Of a DNA stretch of 64,000 nt, positions 20,038-35,284 are shown in pieces (position 1 is the stretch's first letter; each line of letters starts with the position of its first letter). A program made the position numbers and the translations under genes. A model generated the notes under the pieces. It was given only the letters and a program-made list of their open reading frames with translations, had not been told where the DNA came from and searched no databases. The stretch comes from the human T2T-CHM13v2.0 reference genome, Homo sapiens: assembly GCF_009914755.1 (NCBI RefSeq), contig NC_060937.1. One strand, written 5' to 3'.

Positions 20038-20390
20038 TAAAATTGTTTGTCTTATGTACTCAAGTGCCAACAAACCATTTTGCTAGCACAGTAGCAGTAA
20101 TGGAGTAAGAGCAATATGCTGGAATATACTTGATCAATTTTGAAAATCTTTACTTTATGATATTACAGTTCAAAAGCAGGTTCAAAGTTTATACTTGTTT
20201 TAACAGCTATAATATTAATAATTGGCAATGATCTAAATAGAATAAATGCGTCTTTGGATGTGCCTATTAAGTCAATACTAATTTTTTAGTCCCACCTCCT
20301 AGCTGTTCAAAGTGTTTTTTCTTTGATATTTATTTAATTAATCCTCTTGGCAAGTGGCACTGGTTTATTTTAAAATAAAATACAAAAAAT

Positions 20391-20751
<361 letters not shown>

Positions 20752-20805
20752 CTAATGAGAAGGTATTGCTTTTTAAAAAATGGAAGTATAAATTACATAT
20801 AGTAA

Positions 20806-21090
<285 letters not shown>

Positions 21091-21255
21091 GCAATGCCTG
21101 GGTAATTACAAAAAGTTTTTTGTAGAGATGGCAGTCTCATTGGTTACCTAGGCTGGTCTTAAACTTCTGGGCTTGATCTTGGTGGGCTCAAGTGACCCTC
21201 CCGTCTCAGCCTCCTAAAGTGCTTGGATTATAGGCATGAGCCAATTTGCCTAGCC
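21091..21255 (-). mobile_element. Alu fragment (partial)
   Basis: Sequence ...ggctcaagtgaccctcccgtctcagcctcctaaagtgcttggattataggcatgagccaatttgcctagcc. Confidence 0.7.
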
Positions 21256-21791
21256 CAGAACTTCCTGAACACCTGTTTTGTGTTTGAGAACTTTTTCTTA
21301 ATCATGACACTTAAAAAATAATTATCAATATTTCTTTAATATCATAAAATATCCAGGTAGTGTTTAATTTTTCCTATCTCATTTTTTTAAATGCAGTGGG
21401 TTTTGTTTGTATCAGGACCTAAACAAGGTCTACCCTTGCTTTTGGTTGATATGTCTCTAAAGGTTTATTTACAGGTTCTGCTCCTCAACCTTTTTTTTCT
21501 ATTGCCATTTATTTTTCTCTTGCCATTTATTTCCCCACATTCCAGACTTCGCTGACTGCATTTCCATGGTGTCAAGTAACATGTTCCTCTATTCTCTGAT
21601 CTAATTCAAGTTTAGAAATCAAGGGGTTTTGTTTAACTTCTTTGATTTTATACATATTAGTTTCTAACAATATTAATATCTACCTTCCAAAATAACAAAT
21701 CAAAAGTATTATTAACACCATGACTACTCCCAGTGAGATTTCTTTGTAATATTTTTTAATCCTTAGGTACTATCCCACTAGAGAGATATAG

Positions 21792-22113
<322 letters not shown>

Positions 22114-22149
22114 AGTACTATGTTTTAAATTCACCTTAAATTAATTCCC

Positions 22150-22464
<315 letters not shown>

Positions 22465-22635
22465 TTATTATGTAAAATATTTACACAGTTCCAAAGTCAA
22501 AACTGCAAAACAAAGCACACTAGGAGAAACCTAGCTTCTATCTTTGTCCCCTCTATCAAATCCCCGTAGCAATAATATTATTAGTTTGATTAGTTTTCCC
22601 CTTATCTTGCCTTTAAAAGAACATAAGCCAATTAC

Positions 22636-22742
22636 ATGTGTATGTATATGTGTATATGTGTATGCATGTGTGCATGTGTGTGTGTGTGTGTGTGTGTGTA
22701 TATCTATATCTATATCTATATCTATATCTATATCTATATATC
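22636..22742. repeat. Compound microsatellite (TG/TATG)n-(TG)n-(TATC)n
   Basis: Sequence atgtgtatgtatatgtgtatatgtgtatgcatgtgtgcatgtgtgtgtgtgtgtgtgtgtatatctatatctatatctatatc... Confidence 0.9.
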
Positions 22743-23594
22743 TCAGAGGGATCCTACTCTGGTCTTGACCCTCTTGCCATGGGGTGGGGGGTCTGTAGGG
22801 ACAAGAGAATATGCCCACCCCAGAGCCCATATCCTCCTTTTTAGACCCTGCAACTCCAGCATCCCTGACCACATGGCCCTGAGTCCACTTCCAGGGTCTT
22901 CCCTGGTCTGTCATCCTGAGTTTGAACAGTGTTGCCATCTCACTGGTGCTACAAGGTGGCTGGTGTGAGGGGGCACTGGCATGGGGTCTGGATGGCATTT
23001 TGATGGGTGGGGTGGGGTATTCACGTTTGCAGGCAAACCCTCTTAGGGTGCTAGGGGTCAACCAAGGGCCGAATTTGAACCTGGCCTTCCAGGTGGTTAT
23101 GAAGTTGTATTTGCCAAGGGAGGAGATTAGAACACATTTAATCTAATAGTTTGCTAGTTTGATTTATAACTTTTAAACACTTGTTATAAACTATAAAGTT
23201 ATAAACTTTAAATACTTGTATTGTATTCTTGTCCCAGGCCCTGCCATTGTTGGGAACAGGGCTGGGCCCAACAGTCACATTGTGGGTCTTCTGGAGGCAC
23301 CCAGGATCAGCAGACTGCAGTGAAGAGTACCACATCCAGAGCCCAGAAGCGCCAGCCTCCAGCGGGAGCTGCACTGAAACTCTTTGAGCCCATTTCCTGT
23401 GCAGCCCAAGGCACAAATACATCAGCCCTGCCCGCCACAGGAGACTATGGGCAAGCTGTCACCTGCAAACAAATTCTCTTGCTACATACTTATAGTGTAC
23501 ACATGTAAGATAATTCCCTATAGCTGTTTCTAAGGTTTATTAAATAAATAGTTGAAAATATAAATAAGTTGCATAATACTATAGTTAAAGCCAC

Positions 23595-23727
23595 CTGGAA
23601 ATAGAAGCGTCATCCATTTTCATCAGTGATTTGAACACTATTCCCTCTTTTTCCAACCTGGTGCGAATAAACTGTAGTACCAGCATTGTGGCAATTAGGT
23701 CCAGGAGACATTCTCTTCCTTTTACAC
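23595..23727 (-). CDS. PARP4: PARP4 coding exon (133 nt); ends phase 2
   Basis: Acceptor ttccttttag|GTGTAAAAGG, donor ATTTCCAG|gtggcttta. GT completes G|GT Gly, then VKGRECLLDLIATMLVLQFIRTRLEKEGIVFKSLMKMDDASIS plus AG. Anchored to ORF 23585..23776(-). Confidence 0.85.
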
Positions 23728-23825
23728 CTAAAAGGAAAAAAACTCCGTTAAGTCTGTTGGAAACTCTGCATCTCAAACTGTGCCTGTTTATAAAATTCTC
23801 ATTAAAGAATTACAATACGCCATCT

Positions 23826-24064
<239 letters not shown>

Positions 24065-24496
24065 TCACAGTACATGAGCAGATCGTGAAACTCTAATACT
24101 CTTCAAGGTCCTTAAATGGTTTGCTGTTTAAATAAAAAATGAGGACAGTTAGACCCGTGTGCCTATGATATTATCCTGATCATTGTCAGGAAACTGAACT
24201 GTATCCAGAGTGCCCCTCACTTGCCATCTTCAATAACCAAAGAGCCATGAAGTTCACTAAAAGAAATCCAGTTTTTAGGCTCCTGTTACAAATAGCTTAG
24301 AAGAGTAAACCTAAATATTCAACAGATAAACAACAGATATGACTAATTACACTGGTGTATCAAATTATTTCTAGTGGTTAGTACCTATAGGTATCCAAGA
24401 TATTTTACTATATTATGAAATATCAAAATTGAAAAATGAATGTTTACATGTGTTGAACTCAATTAACAACCCATTTTCATTTTAAAAATCCAAGCT

Positions 24497-24665
24497 TCTT
24501 TTTTTTTTTTTTTTTTGGAGAAGACAGGGGCTCACTCTGTCATGCTGGAGTGCAGTGGGTGTGATCAGAGCTCACTGTAGCCCCCAACTCCTGGACTCAA
24601 GTGATCCTCCTACTTTGGCTTCCCAAAGTGTTGAGATTATAGGCAAGAGCCACAACACATAGCCA
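24497..24665 (-). mobile_element. Alu-like monomer/fragment
   Basis: Poly-T then partial antisense Alu. Confidence 0.6.
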
Positions 24666-25635
24666 AAAAATGGTTTTAGGGAAGAAAAGAAAAACCCAAA
24701 TCTTTGTCTTATAATTAAGAATATACAATTACTTTTTTTGAGTAAAGACAAAAGGACTTGGCATAGTATGTACATATCTGCATATACACCATTAATTTTA
24801 CATCGTTGAGGTAGCCAAAACTGCTCGTAAGTGGGCTTTTATTAAATAATATAATGTTCTTAATAGAGGAAAAAGGAATTGAATACATTTTTAAAAACAA
24901 AATAACAAAACCAATCCATTGTCCCACAAAAGAAAATCAGTGGAGACAAAAGCAGTTTAATTTGCTGGATTCTTTTGTGGCTTATTTTTTGAGTATTATT
25001 TACAAAATGTTAGACTAATTTTTAAGCAATATTAATAATAAGCAACATACAACTCCAAGAATAATATAATAAATAATAAACTGATGAAATACCTAATGTG
25101 TATCAACGTCATTTAAAAAACAAATTCAGAAGGAGAGGGGATGATAAAAGAGAAATGAAGAAGAGGATAAAAGACAAAGTTGGGTACAGAGATATAAAAA
25201 CAAGTCAGAGAAAAAAGACAGCTTGAGACTCTACGTCGAAGAAGGAAGGCAGAAAAGCACACGCTTACAGAAAAATAACACAGATAATAGGGAGCAATAC
25301 AGTGAAACACAGGAAAAGCCCATGGATAAGGCACATCCGTGAAATCCCATCCCCTTGCATCTGTGACTCAATTTTCTCCAGTTTTCCTCTTGTTTCTCAG
25401 GCCGCTCCTTCTCAGCGTCTTTGCTGTTTCTTGTCCAGTCTGAACACTAAACCCTGCTGTGCAGCAGGCTGGTCCTAGCACCTGCTCTGCTCAGTCCACC
25501 TTCTTTCTTTGGGTGATCTCATCCAGAGCCAGGCTTTAAATACTACTAACGTTGAGAATTTTCCCAGTCTTTTCCAATTCTGACCTCTTCCATGAGCTCC
25601 AGCCTCACATGACAATATATTTATCTTGAATTTTT

Positions 25636-25901
25636 ATCTCACTTTGTCACCTGGGCTGGAGTGCAGTGGCACAATCACTGCTCACTGCAGCCTCAACAAC
25701 CCAGGGCTCAGGTGATCCTCCCACCTCAGCCTCCTAAGTAGCTGGGACCACAGGTACACGCCACCATGCCTGGCTAATTTTTGTAGAGATGGGGTTTCAC
25801 CATGTTGGCCAGGCTGGTCTCGAAATCCTGAGCTCAAATGATCTGCCCCCTTTGGCCTCCCAAAGTGCAGGCATTACTGGTGTGAGCCACCGTGCCTGGC
25901 T
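25636..25901 (-). mobile_element. Alu (no T-rich head)
   Basis: Canonical antisense Alu. Confidence 0.85.
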
Positions 25902-25904
25902 TAT

Positions 25905-27470
25905 CTTTGGTTTTCAACAGTTTGACTCTGGCCTATCTAAATGTGGTCATTTTTGTATTTATAGTGCTTGGAGTTCTGCTGAGTTTGTTGGATCTGGAAG
26001 GTGCTGTCTTTGATCAACTTACAAAAATGTTCAAATATTTTTCTATCTAACCTTTCACCTTCTGAAACCCTAGTTACACAAATGTTAAACCTTTTGATAT
26101 CATTCCACAGTCTTGGCTCCTCTGTTATTTTTTCATTCTATTTTTTTTCTTTCTATATTTCAGTTTAGGTAAGTTTATTGAGTGCATTGTCAATCGAATT
26201 AAATGATTTTTTTCCTGTTCTGTCCATTCTGTTGTTAAGCTCATTCAATGACCTTTTCATTGCAGATACTATATTTTCCAGTTCTAGGATTTTAATTTGG
26301 TTTTTCTTTATAGTTTCCATCTATTTGCTGAGATTCTGCCATTCACCCATTCCATCCTTTTCTGGTAAGTCAATCCTTCACTATATTTTTAATAGCAGTT
26401 TTAAAGTCTGTGTCTGCTAATTCTAACATCTGGGTCATCTGTGGGTCAGCATTTATAGCCCATTTTCCCCTTGATCACGATCATATTGTCCTGCTTCTTC
26501 GTATGTTATTAAATTTTCATTCCATACTGAACATTAAAAATGACACCTTGTAGAGACTCTCAGCTATGCTATCTTACTCTAAAGAATGTTCAGTTTTGTT
26601 CTGGTAGGTCCTGTGTAGGCTTTGTTTTAGGCTTTATTAGGATGGGTCTATTTTGGCTTATCCCTATGTCCTGGGGTATAGTCCTTGATCATGAGATATG
26701 ATCCTTATGACCCTTTTATGGTTTCAATGGAAAGATATTTATAAAGTCTCTCTAATTTGGTGCCACTTGAACTCTAAACTCTGGCCAGTACTAGGCAGCA
26801 GCTGAAATCTCTGCTTAGCTCTGTAGCTTCCCAGCTGTTGCTTTTTTCTGGATTCCTTGAGGTTGCACCTGTATATGTAGAGGTTAGGAGACAGCCAAGG
26901 ATCTGAGGGGTATCTGGATGCAGATTTCAGAGTTCCCTGCTCTGTGGTACCCTCCTTTATAGGATTTTAATCCTTAACTTCCAGCCACTTTGGCAACCTT
27001 AAACTCCAACCCCATGTCCTCATCCCGTTAAGACTTTCTGTTTTAGTTCAAACATCCCATTGTGTCTCATGAGCTGAGAAATGCCTTTAGGTGACAAGCT
27101 GGATACGTGTGGAGCCCACCTAGTTGGCTTTCTTTCTTTCAAAGATTATGTTCACTCTAGTTTCTGCCTGTTTTTGATTATTCTCCTGGCCTTCAAAGAA
27201 TGGTTTTAAATATTTTATTCAAAGTTAATAACTGTTATTGGCAGGAGAGTTAGTCAGATAGAGGCTCTTCTATTATTCCAGGAATAAGCACTCACTCCTC
27301 ACGTAAATTGTCATCACCCCTTTTTGGCCTAGTGCAGGTCAAACAGGCTATGCATTTGCCCACCCACCCAGCCTGGAATATGAAAACTCTGGCATTTTAG
27401 AGGTGATGGTGGGGCAGTGAGACGCTGCTGCTCTATCTATCCATGAATATTGGCTAGTTGTTTAATAATG
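25905..27470 (-). mobile_element. Probable L1 5'-region fragment (antisense)
   Basis: Sequence resembles antisense L1 5' / ORF1 regions. Family not determined. Confidence 0.35.
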
Positions 27471-27479
27471 TGTATTTTA

Positions 27480-27801
<322 letters not shown>

Positions 27802-28504
27802 AGCTCCTGTCCTAGGGCTAGCATTTGACCTTCAAACCACTTGCTGGGTCAAGGATGCTCAGGACTTCCTCATCTATCCCCTTGTTGTCATGATAGGAAA
27901 CAGGTCCAGAGGTTGAACAATTGCCTCTGGCAGAGGCTGGCTAGGAGCTCATCAGAGCTCTTTTCTCCTCCTGGACACGCAGCTTAACAGTACATTTCTC
28001 AGGCCTTCGTACATGGATGGGGCTATGTGACTAGTATTCTTCCTCTTGTCTAGCAGGGGGATGATGCCAGGGTAATCTTTGTTCTTCTCTCTTACCAGGA
28101 TAATTTTAAAGACATATATTGAAGATGGTGGAGCCACAGTATGGAAGGAGTCAAGGTCTCTAAATGACCACATAAGTGGAACTTTCTTCCTGACCAATAC
28201 TTGACTGTGATACGGACAAAAAAGTAATCTTTGATTACCATGTTAAGCTTCTGAGATTTTTTTTACAGCACTTGGTGCTATTTATGCTAATAAATTTGCT
28301 CAGATAATACCCTAATTAGTGGTAAAAATATGACTAGAAACCCATCTCCCATTTCCTTTAATGGTTAAATATAATTCCATTCGAATATAACTTTCATAAT
28401 TATTACATTAATACACTAGCTTACAAAACAGTTTATAACAATTAGGAGCATGCTTATTAATGAATGAAAATAATGACTTAATAAATGGAAACATAGTGCC
28501 TTAC

Positions 28505-28604
28505 CTAGAGATTGAATGCCTTTTTGTTTAAGAAAGCTGTGCAAACCATTTGTATTAAGATTTAATATAAGTCCCAGTTCTGGTGTAAGTTTCCAGAAGC
28601 CATC
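28505..28604 (-). CDS. PARP4: PARP4 coding exon (100 nt); ends phase 1
   Basis: Acceptor taattttgtag|GATGGCTTC, donor CTCTAG|gtaaggcac. Encodes DGFWKLTPELGLILNLNTNGLHSFLKQKGIQSL plus G. Confidence 0.8.
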
Positions 28605-29024
28605 CTACAAAATTAAGGAAACAAAAATAAGTTATGTTATTCACATTTTATCACATAAGAAGTTACGTAGTGGGGGAAGGAGTGGGGCAAGGGTTGAAAA
28701 ACATATTTTCACTACTTGGGCAACAAGACAATTAGAAGCCCAAACCTCAGCACCACACGGTATGCCCATGTAATAAACCTGTACGTGTACCTCTGCATCT
28801 AAAATAAAACTTTAACAAATTAAATGAAAAAAGAAGTTATGTGATAAATGTTTCCATTTATTTCAGTTAATTAAGGCATTTCTAACATTTTTACTACTGT
28901 AAAATAAAGTTCTTCATACACTAGTGACATAGTATTGTTTGGAACCTCATAAATGCTATGAACACTACATATCTGGTGGCACTTATAAAAAGTGTGGAAA
29001 GAGGCTCATGGGTAGAGATTTTTT

Positions 29025-29152
29025 AATTTTTATTTTAGTAGAGACGGGGTTTCACCGTGTCAGCCAGAATGGTCTCAATTTCCTGACCTCATGATCCACC
29101 CGCCTCGGCCTCCCAAAATGCTGGGATTACAGGCGTGAGCCACCATACCCGG
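29025..29152 (-). mobile_element. Alu right-arm fragment
   Basis: Sequence tagtagagacggggtttcaccgtgtcagccag...gctgggattacaggcgtgagccaccatacccggcc. Confidence 0.75.
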
Positions 29153-30809
29153 CCGAGATTTTTTTAAATGGTACTTTTTTCCTTCTAGCAATGCTTTATT
29201 TCATTTTTTATTGATACATAATACTTGTATGTATTTTGACATACGCATGATATTTTGATACATGCATAGAATGTAAATAATCAGGTCGGGGTGTTTAGGA
29301 TCTCCATCAGCTTGAACATTTATCATGTCTTTGTGTCGGCAACATTTCAAATATTTTCTTCTAGCTATTTTGACATATACAATGTATTGTTAACGATAGT
29401 CACCCTACTGGGTTGTCAACTAGCAATGAGCATTGAACCGGTATTTCTCAAGCTTTTAAAGTATATGTCATGCATGATTCCCTCTTTAAAAAAAACCCAC
29501 TTTATTGAAATATGTTGGACATACAAAAAGTCACCAATATTTAACGTATACAACTTGATGTGTTTGGAGTTAAATATACACCTGTGAAACCATCAAACCA
29601 TCACTTATCAATGCCATGAACTTAGCCACCACTCCCAGAACTTTCCTTCCACCCCTTTTGCTTTGTTTTGTTCCCTTTTGTGGAAAGAGTACTTAACATA
29701 AGATAGACCTCTTAGCAAATGCTTCAGTATACCACATCGGATTGTCAATCATAGGCCCTGTATTGTACAGTAGATCTCCAGCATGATTCCTTTGGTTTAA
29801 CATAAAAATGTACCCTGATGTAGTCTGAAACATGAAAATGACAGTTTTTTCTAAGCATAAAATTGTTATATTAAACATGCACTTTAAAACTACCTTCCCT
29901 GCACCCCCCATCATCTGCCTGCCCCATCACATGCACAGGAGAATGTGCTAAGCCTGAGCTTGGGGATATTAACCTCAACGGAGACAGAATCAAGACCCTA
30001 GGGAAACCAACACAGGGAGCAGAAAGCAGGGTGTGGCCCTAAGCAGGTGCACAGGTTGAAGAATCTATGGCAATACCTTGAAAAATGACCGCAGTGATAA
30101 TATGTACCAACCCATAGAGAACTGGTACCAGGTGCTGTTCTTTGATATGTTTAGCCACTTCCTGTGGAGTACTATTGTTGGGAAAAAACTGAGTGTTGGG
30201 AGGGAAACTGAGGCAGGGCTTGCGTAACGTCCTCTGGAATGTGTCTAGACTTGCTGGCTCCTTGCTTCTAGCCTTCCTAGGCTCCTGTTCCCATTATCTC
30301 AAGTAGCAGAATATGTTCCATATAAATGCTAAACCATCGCAGCTGTAAATCATGTACTTAATGCAACGTGTCCTTTTGACCTCCACATTCTCACCATCTG
30401 TTTCTTTGTTGGATTATCAATAAATACCGTGGGCTCCCAGAGCTCGGGGCCTTCGCAGCCTCCACCATAGTGATGGCATACTAGTGTCCCACCTTTCTCT
30501 CTCAAACTGTCTTTTTCTCAATCCTTTGACTCCACTGGACTTTGTCACCCCCATGACCTGGTGTTGGGTCTGATCACCCCAACAACTATTATCACACCCA
30601 CACTGGAGATGAGAACATGGAGGCACAGAAAGGTAAAGCAATTTGTCTAAAGTCTCACAGCTAACAAGCAGCAGAGCCAGGAGTGGCCGTGGGATCCACA
30701 CTCCTGACCATCTGCAGTATGCTCCTGGCAGGCTTTTGGGTGCACTGTCTCAAGTAGGGAAACTGGGCAGCTGTGATTATCCTGTTTAAACCTCAAACCC
30801 ACTCTGTGA

Positions 30810-30945
30810 AGTAGACACTATCATTATCTCCACTATATGGATGAGGAAGCTGAGGCTCAGACAGGTTACCTGACTTGCCCCAATCACAAAGTGGGCTGGG
30901 ACTCAGGCTTACTTTTATACTACATCAAGCCCTTTCCGTTTCACT
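30810..30945 (-). mobile_element. MIR fragment
   Basis: Core gaggaagctgaggctcagacaggttacctgacttgccc. Confidence 0.65.
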
Positions 30946-31522
30946 AAACTACTTGACACCAAAACAAGTAATCACAGATGCAGGACTGGGTCTTAGTACC
31001 AGCGATGGGGCCAAATCTACAGGGTGTTTATCAGCTTAACAAATGGAGTGATAAGCTCTAACACAATCTACATGTTGAATAATATCTGTATTCCCATGAC
31101 CTATGTGAAAATATTTAGAGTACAGGTGCAAGTGCTTGTGCTCTACTTCACAGTGGGAAATTTATGTGGATTACAATCCATTAGTTCTAGAATCTAGGAA
31201 ATTAAGATCTCACCCCATCATCTGTTCAGAGATGTTCATTTTCATGTGAGGAATAGTAACATTCCCCAGCATGAGGTTCTGGTCTAATGTTTGTAGAGAA
31301 ACACCAGCCAGCATCAAGCACACTGTTTTGTTCAGCTGTCTGTTTTGTTTTGTAGCAAGAGTTCCTCAATGAAGGAAGCAGTATGATTTATACCCCAGTG
31401 TACAACCCCTTCCTTCACTACAGACTGATGATAGACGGTTCCTTGACCAGCTGCTTTGAGGAGCCCCGTTCTAAACTATGAAGCCAGCCAACCACAGATT
31501 TAAGGAGAAATAAGACACATAC

Positions 31523-32602
31523 CTCTGTCTGTAGACTGAGGAGTTCTGTCCAAGGCACAGCATCCTGCCAGTGTTGTGTGCACACTATTTCATCCTCTTC
31601 TTTTACTTCCAGAAAGCACGGGATACTGTCATCTTTTGTATCACATTTTATTTGTAAAAAGCAGCTGTCTTGAAGTACTTCTGATAGCTCATCACTTTCT
31701 GTGTCAGAACTTTGAAAAGCAAAGACAGGACATCGACTTCCTTCGAGACTGCCTACTGATTCTTCTAGAAGACAGAGATCTACTGGGGTAGTCCGGGACT
31801 GACTGCAAAGAGCCTCAGGTAAAGCAGAGGCCATTGGCAGCCTAAGGTTGGCAGTCAAAGAGGCTGCGGAAGGTTGAAAATGAAAAGGAGAGTAAGCAGA
31901 GGGATGATAAGACCCAAAACCTCTGATGGGATCAGGGTCTGTAGGAAGAGAGAAATGAAGCTGGGGAGAATCCAGCTCAGGGAAGGTGCCAGCAGAAGGC
32001 CTGGTAGTAAAGCCTCCAGGATGTTGCAGTGGAGCAGACTGTGCAGAGCTTAATGAGCTCCCTGAAAAAACAATGCCACAATAGGGTGCAGAAGGTGGGT
32101 TCTGGGGAGGTCCTGTGGGACAAGACGCCGACTGTGGGATCCAGTCAGCACAAGTGCCAGGCACAGGGCCTTGGCTGAATTGAGATGCATCAAACTGTCT
32201 GGGAGGAGCAGCTGAACCGAAACTAGCTACCTGACGATATGAGGCAAAAGACAAGGAAGCAGGACTGTGAGCGCGGGCAGTCGGGGGAAGATAGGAACCA
32301 ACGGCCGGAGCCAAAATAGGAAAAAAGCTAGAAGTAGATGTTTCCCATGGACTGACTTTCTTAAATAGTGGTTCAGTTGCTGTTGGTTTACATGACTCTG
32401 TCCAACTTAAATCCAATAGCTTTTCCACACCTCCACGTTCCAAATTTGATGTGAAAGCTGGTAGTACACCTAAGCCATCCTCTTCAAAATCTTCAGAAAC
32501 TTCTGGCTGAGATAATTCCATTTTTCTTTTGGAAAATGGAATTTTCCTATGTTTTCGTTTGGATAAACGTAATTCTGGCCACTCAGAGGATGCTAAAAGA
32601 GA
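31523..32602 (-). CDS. PARP4: PARP4 giant coding exon (1080 nt, 360 codons); Ser/Pro-rich low-complexity region
   Basis: Acceptor ttctgggcag|TCTCTTTTAGCA, donor CAGACAGAG|gtatgtgtc. Encodes SLLASSEWPELRLSKRKHRKIPFSKRKMELSQPEVSEDFEEDGLG...TQHWQDAVPWTELLSLQTE. Lies inside the 431-aa ORF 31418..32713(-). The ORF-track Met at 32713 is upstream of the real splice acceptor and is not a true start. Confidence 0.9.
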
Positions 32603-32761
32603 CTGCCCAGAAGACAGAATTATTAACGTAAGGGGAAAACACAGAATAAAAAGAACAATCAAGCAAACATTCTTCCTAGCACTTGACTTCCCACCCATCA
32701 GGCAGTTGCTCATCCAGAATCAGGATCATCAATGTGAGCTGGGATGTTGAAAATAACACCA

Positions 32762-33077
32762 GTGCTGCGTGCAGCAGCTCACGCGTGTCATCTCAGCACT
32801 TTGGGAGGCCGAGGAGGAAGGATCGCTCAAGGCTAGGAGTTTGAGAACAGCTTAGGTGACACAGCGAGGCTCCATCTTTACAAAAAATAAAAAATTAGAC
32901 AGGTGTAGTGGCTCATGACTGTAGTCCCAGCCACCTGGGAGGCTGAGGCAGGAGGAGTGCTTGAGCCTGAGAGGCTGAGGCAGCTATGAGAACAGATTTG
33001 CACTACTGCTCTCCAGCCTGTGTGAGAGGGCAATATTCTGTCTCAAAAAAAAAAAAAAAAAAAGAAAGAAAGAAAAT
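32762..33077 (+). mobile_element. Alu antisense to PARP4, about 160 nt upstream of the giant-exon acceptor
   Basis: Canonical sense Alu on the plus strand with A-tail at about 33045-33077. Confidence 0.9.
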
Positions 33078-33224
33078 AATGCCACCAGAGACATTCAAGA
33101 TCATTTCAGTACAAGGCTGTCTATTTCTAGACATGGAAGCTGAGACCTGGAGAGAATATCAGCAATCAATATATTGAAAGACCTTCTCTCTTAGTTCTTA
33201 GTTCTTAGAATTGCGGAATTTTAA

Positions 33225-33335
33225 ACACCCCTCATTTTACACATGAGGGAACTGAGGAGCACAGAAGTGACTTGCCCAAGATTTTACAATGAGCAGTATC
33301 ACAGGGTGTACTTAGGCCTAAAATAAGACAGTCAT
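33225..33335 (-). mobile_element. MIR fragment
   Basis: Core gagggaactgaggagcacagaagtgacttgcccaag. Confidence 0.6.
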
Positions 33336-33442
33336 TTGAAGTCAATTATTGCAGTTTTTATACTGCTTTACAGCAATATTAAGAAAATGAGATCAAAATG
33401 GAAAAACAGTCTCAAAAGCTTTATTTATTTTTACTTACTCAT

Positions 33443-33733
33443 TTTTTGAGACAGGGTCTTGCTCTGTTGCCTGGGGCTGGAGTGCAATGGCACAATCACA
33501 ACTCACTATAGCCTTGAACTCCTGGGCTCAAGTGATCCTCTCGCCTCAGACTCCCCAGTAGCTGGGACTATGAGCATGTGACACCATACCCAGCTAATTT
33601 TTAAATTATTCTTTTGTAGAGATGTGGTCTCATTATGTTGACCAGACTGGTTTTGAACTCCTGGGCTCAAGTGATCCTCTCAGCTTGGCCCCTCAAAGTG
33701 CTAGGATTACAGGTGTGAGACACTGTGTCCAGC
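33443..33733 (-). mobile_element. Alu
   Basis: Canonical antisense Alu. Confidence 0.9.
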
Positions 33734-34832
33734 CAAAAGCTTTCAAGTAATTAAATGAACATATAATTATACTAGAACATGAACAATATGTATGTAAAAC
33801 AAATTTTGAGGGATGCTATATTACTACTATTGTTTCAATCTAAATGTAAAGAGTGTTCCTTAAAAAGTTGCATGTATAAAATCCAGTTTTATATGCATGT
33901 CAAGTCCTTGATATTTTTGAAATAATTAGCCTGTAATTTTACCTGTGAATATGAATGATTTAAAAAAGGAGTAGTCCTTTCCCAACTCAGTCAAATTTCA
34001 AGTTTATACCTGAATAATTAATATTATAGAACATATGAAAAGACATATTTTAAAATAATGCTAACCAGAGGTTAAATTTTTAAAAATTAGAGAAGCAAAC
34101 TGGAAAAAACCAATCAATAGTGATGGACTAGAACTATCAGATATTAAAGTCTCTTATAAAATTATAATAATTATAGTAGACGAATCAATGGAACAGAGTA
34201 GGTAAGTCCAGCAATAGCTCCTAAATCTGAGAATTACTAGATTATGAAGGTGGCATTTCAAGTCAATAAGAGGAAAAGGAGGAGCCATCTGGAAAAGAAT
34301 AAAGTTGGTTCCATATCTCTTATCCTATGCTAGGATAAATTTCAATCAGATGAAAAATTGAATGTAAACATGAAAACATAAAACTATTTTAAAAATAAAG
34401 GGAAAAATTTTAAAAGTATAATCTCTGACTAGGAAAGGTATTTCTAAGCATGATGAAAAGCAAAACAACACTAAACAAAAAGAAGAAACACAAAGATTAA
34501 AAATTTGACTGCATTAAAAAATCTGCATGACCAAAAGATAATAAGCAACATCAAAATAACATGTGGAATACCGGGAAACAAATTTTCACAACTCATATCA
34601 CAAAGGGCTAATTTCCCTAACATAAAAAGTTTACCTAAGATAAATAAAAAAATGACTAAAATCTCAATTAAAAAAATAAAAGATGTGAACAGATAACACC
34701 CAGGAAGTGATACATAGGGCTGTAAGAATATAAAACATGCTCCTCTTCATTCATAAAGAAACAAAAACTTAAATGTCACCAATACATTTTTCACCTGTAA
34801 GATATGCAAAGATCAAAAAATTGATTAAGTCA

Positions 34833-34992
34833 GGTATTGTGGAGCATCCCAGCTACTCAGGAGGCTGAGGTGAGAGGATCGCTGGAGGCCAGGAGTTCAA
34901 AGCTGTAGTGCTCTGTGATAGAGCCTGTGAATAGTCACTGCACCCCAGCCTGGGTGACAGAGTGAGACTCCATCTCAAAAAAAAAAAAGAAT
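34833..34992 (+). mobile_element. Alu partial (right half)
   Basis: Sequence ...cccagctactcaggaggctgaggtgagaggatcgc...gcctgggtgacagagtgagactccatctcaaaaaaa. Confidence 0.75.
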
Positions 34993-35044
34993 CATACTGA
35001 GAAATACGGGTCATTTTTGTTTATTTTATAAAACTCCTTCTTGA

Positions 35045-35281
<237 letters not shown>

Positions 35282-35284
35282 TGA

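Noticed and set aside
22531-23061. A 176-aa minus-strand ORF and overlapping plus-strand ORFs.
   Set aside because: They span the compound microsatellite and translate to DIDIDI / HTHTHT / YIYIYI low-complexity strings. This is a repeat artefact.
31418-32713. A 431-aa minus-strand ORF reported as starting with Met at 32713.
   Set aside because: Only 31523-32602 is exon. The upstream 37 codons (MSNCLMGGKSSARKN...) are intron read-through before the acceptor ttctgggcag|TCT. The downstream 34 codons after SLQTE follow a gtatgt donor.
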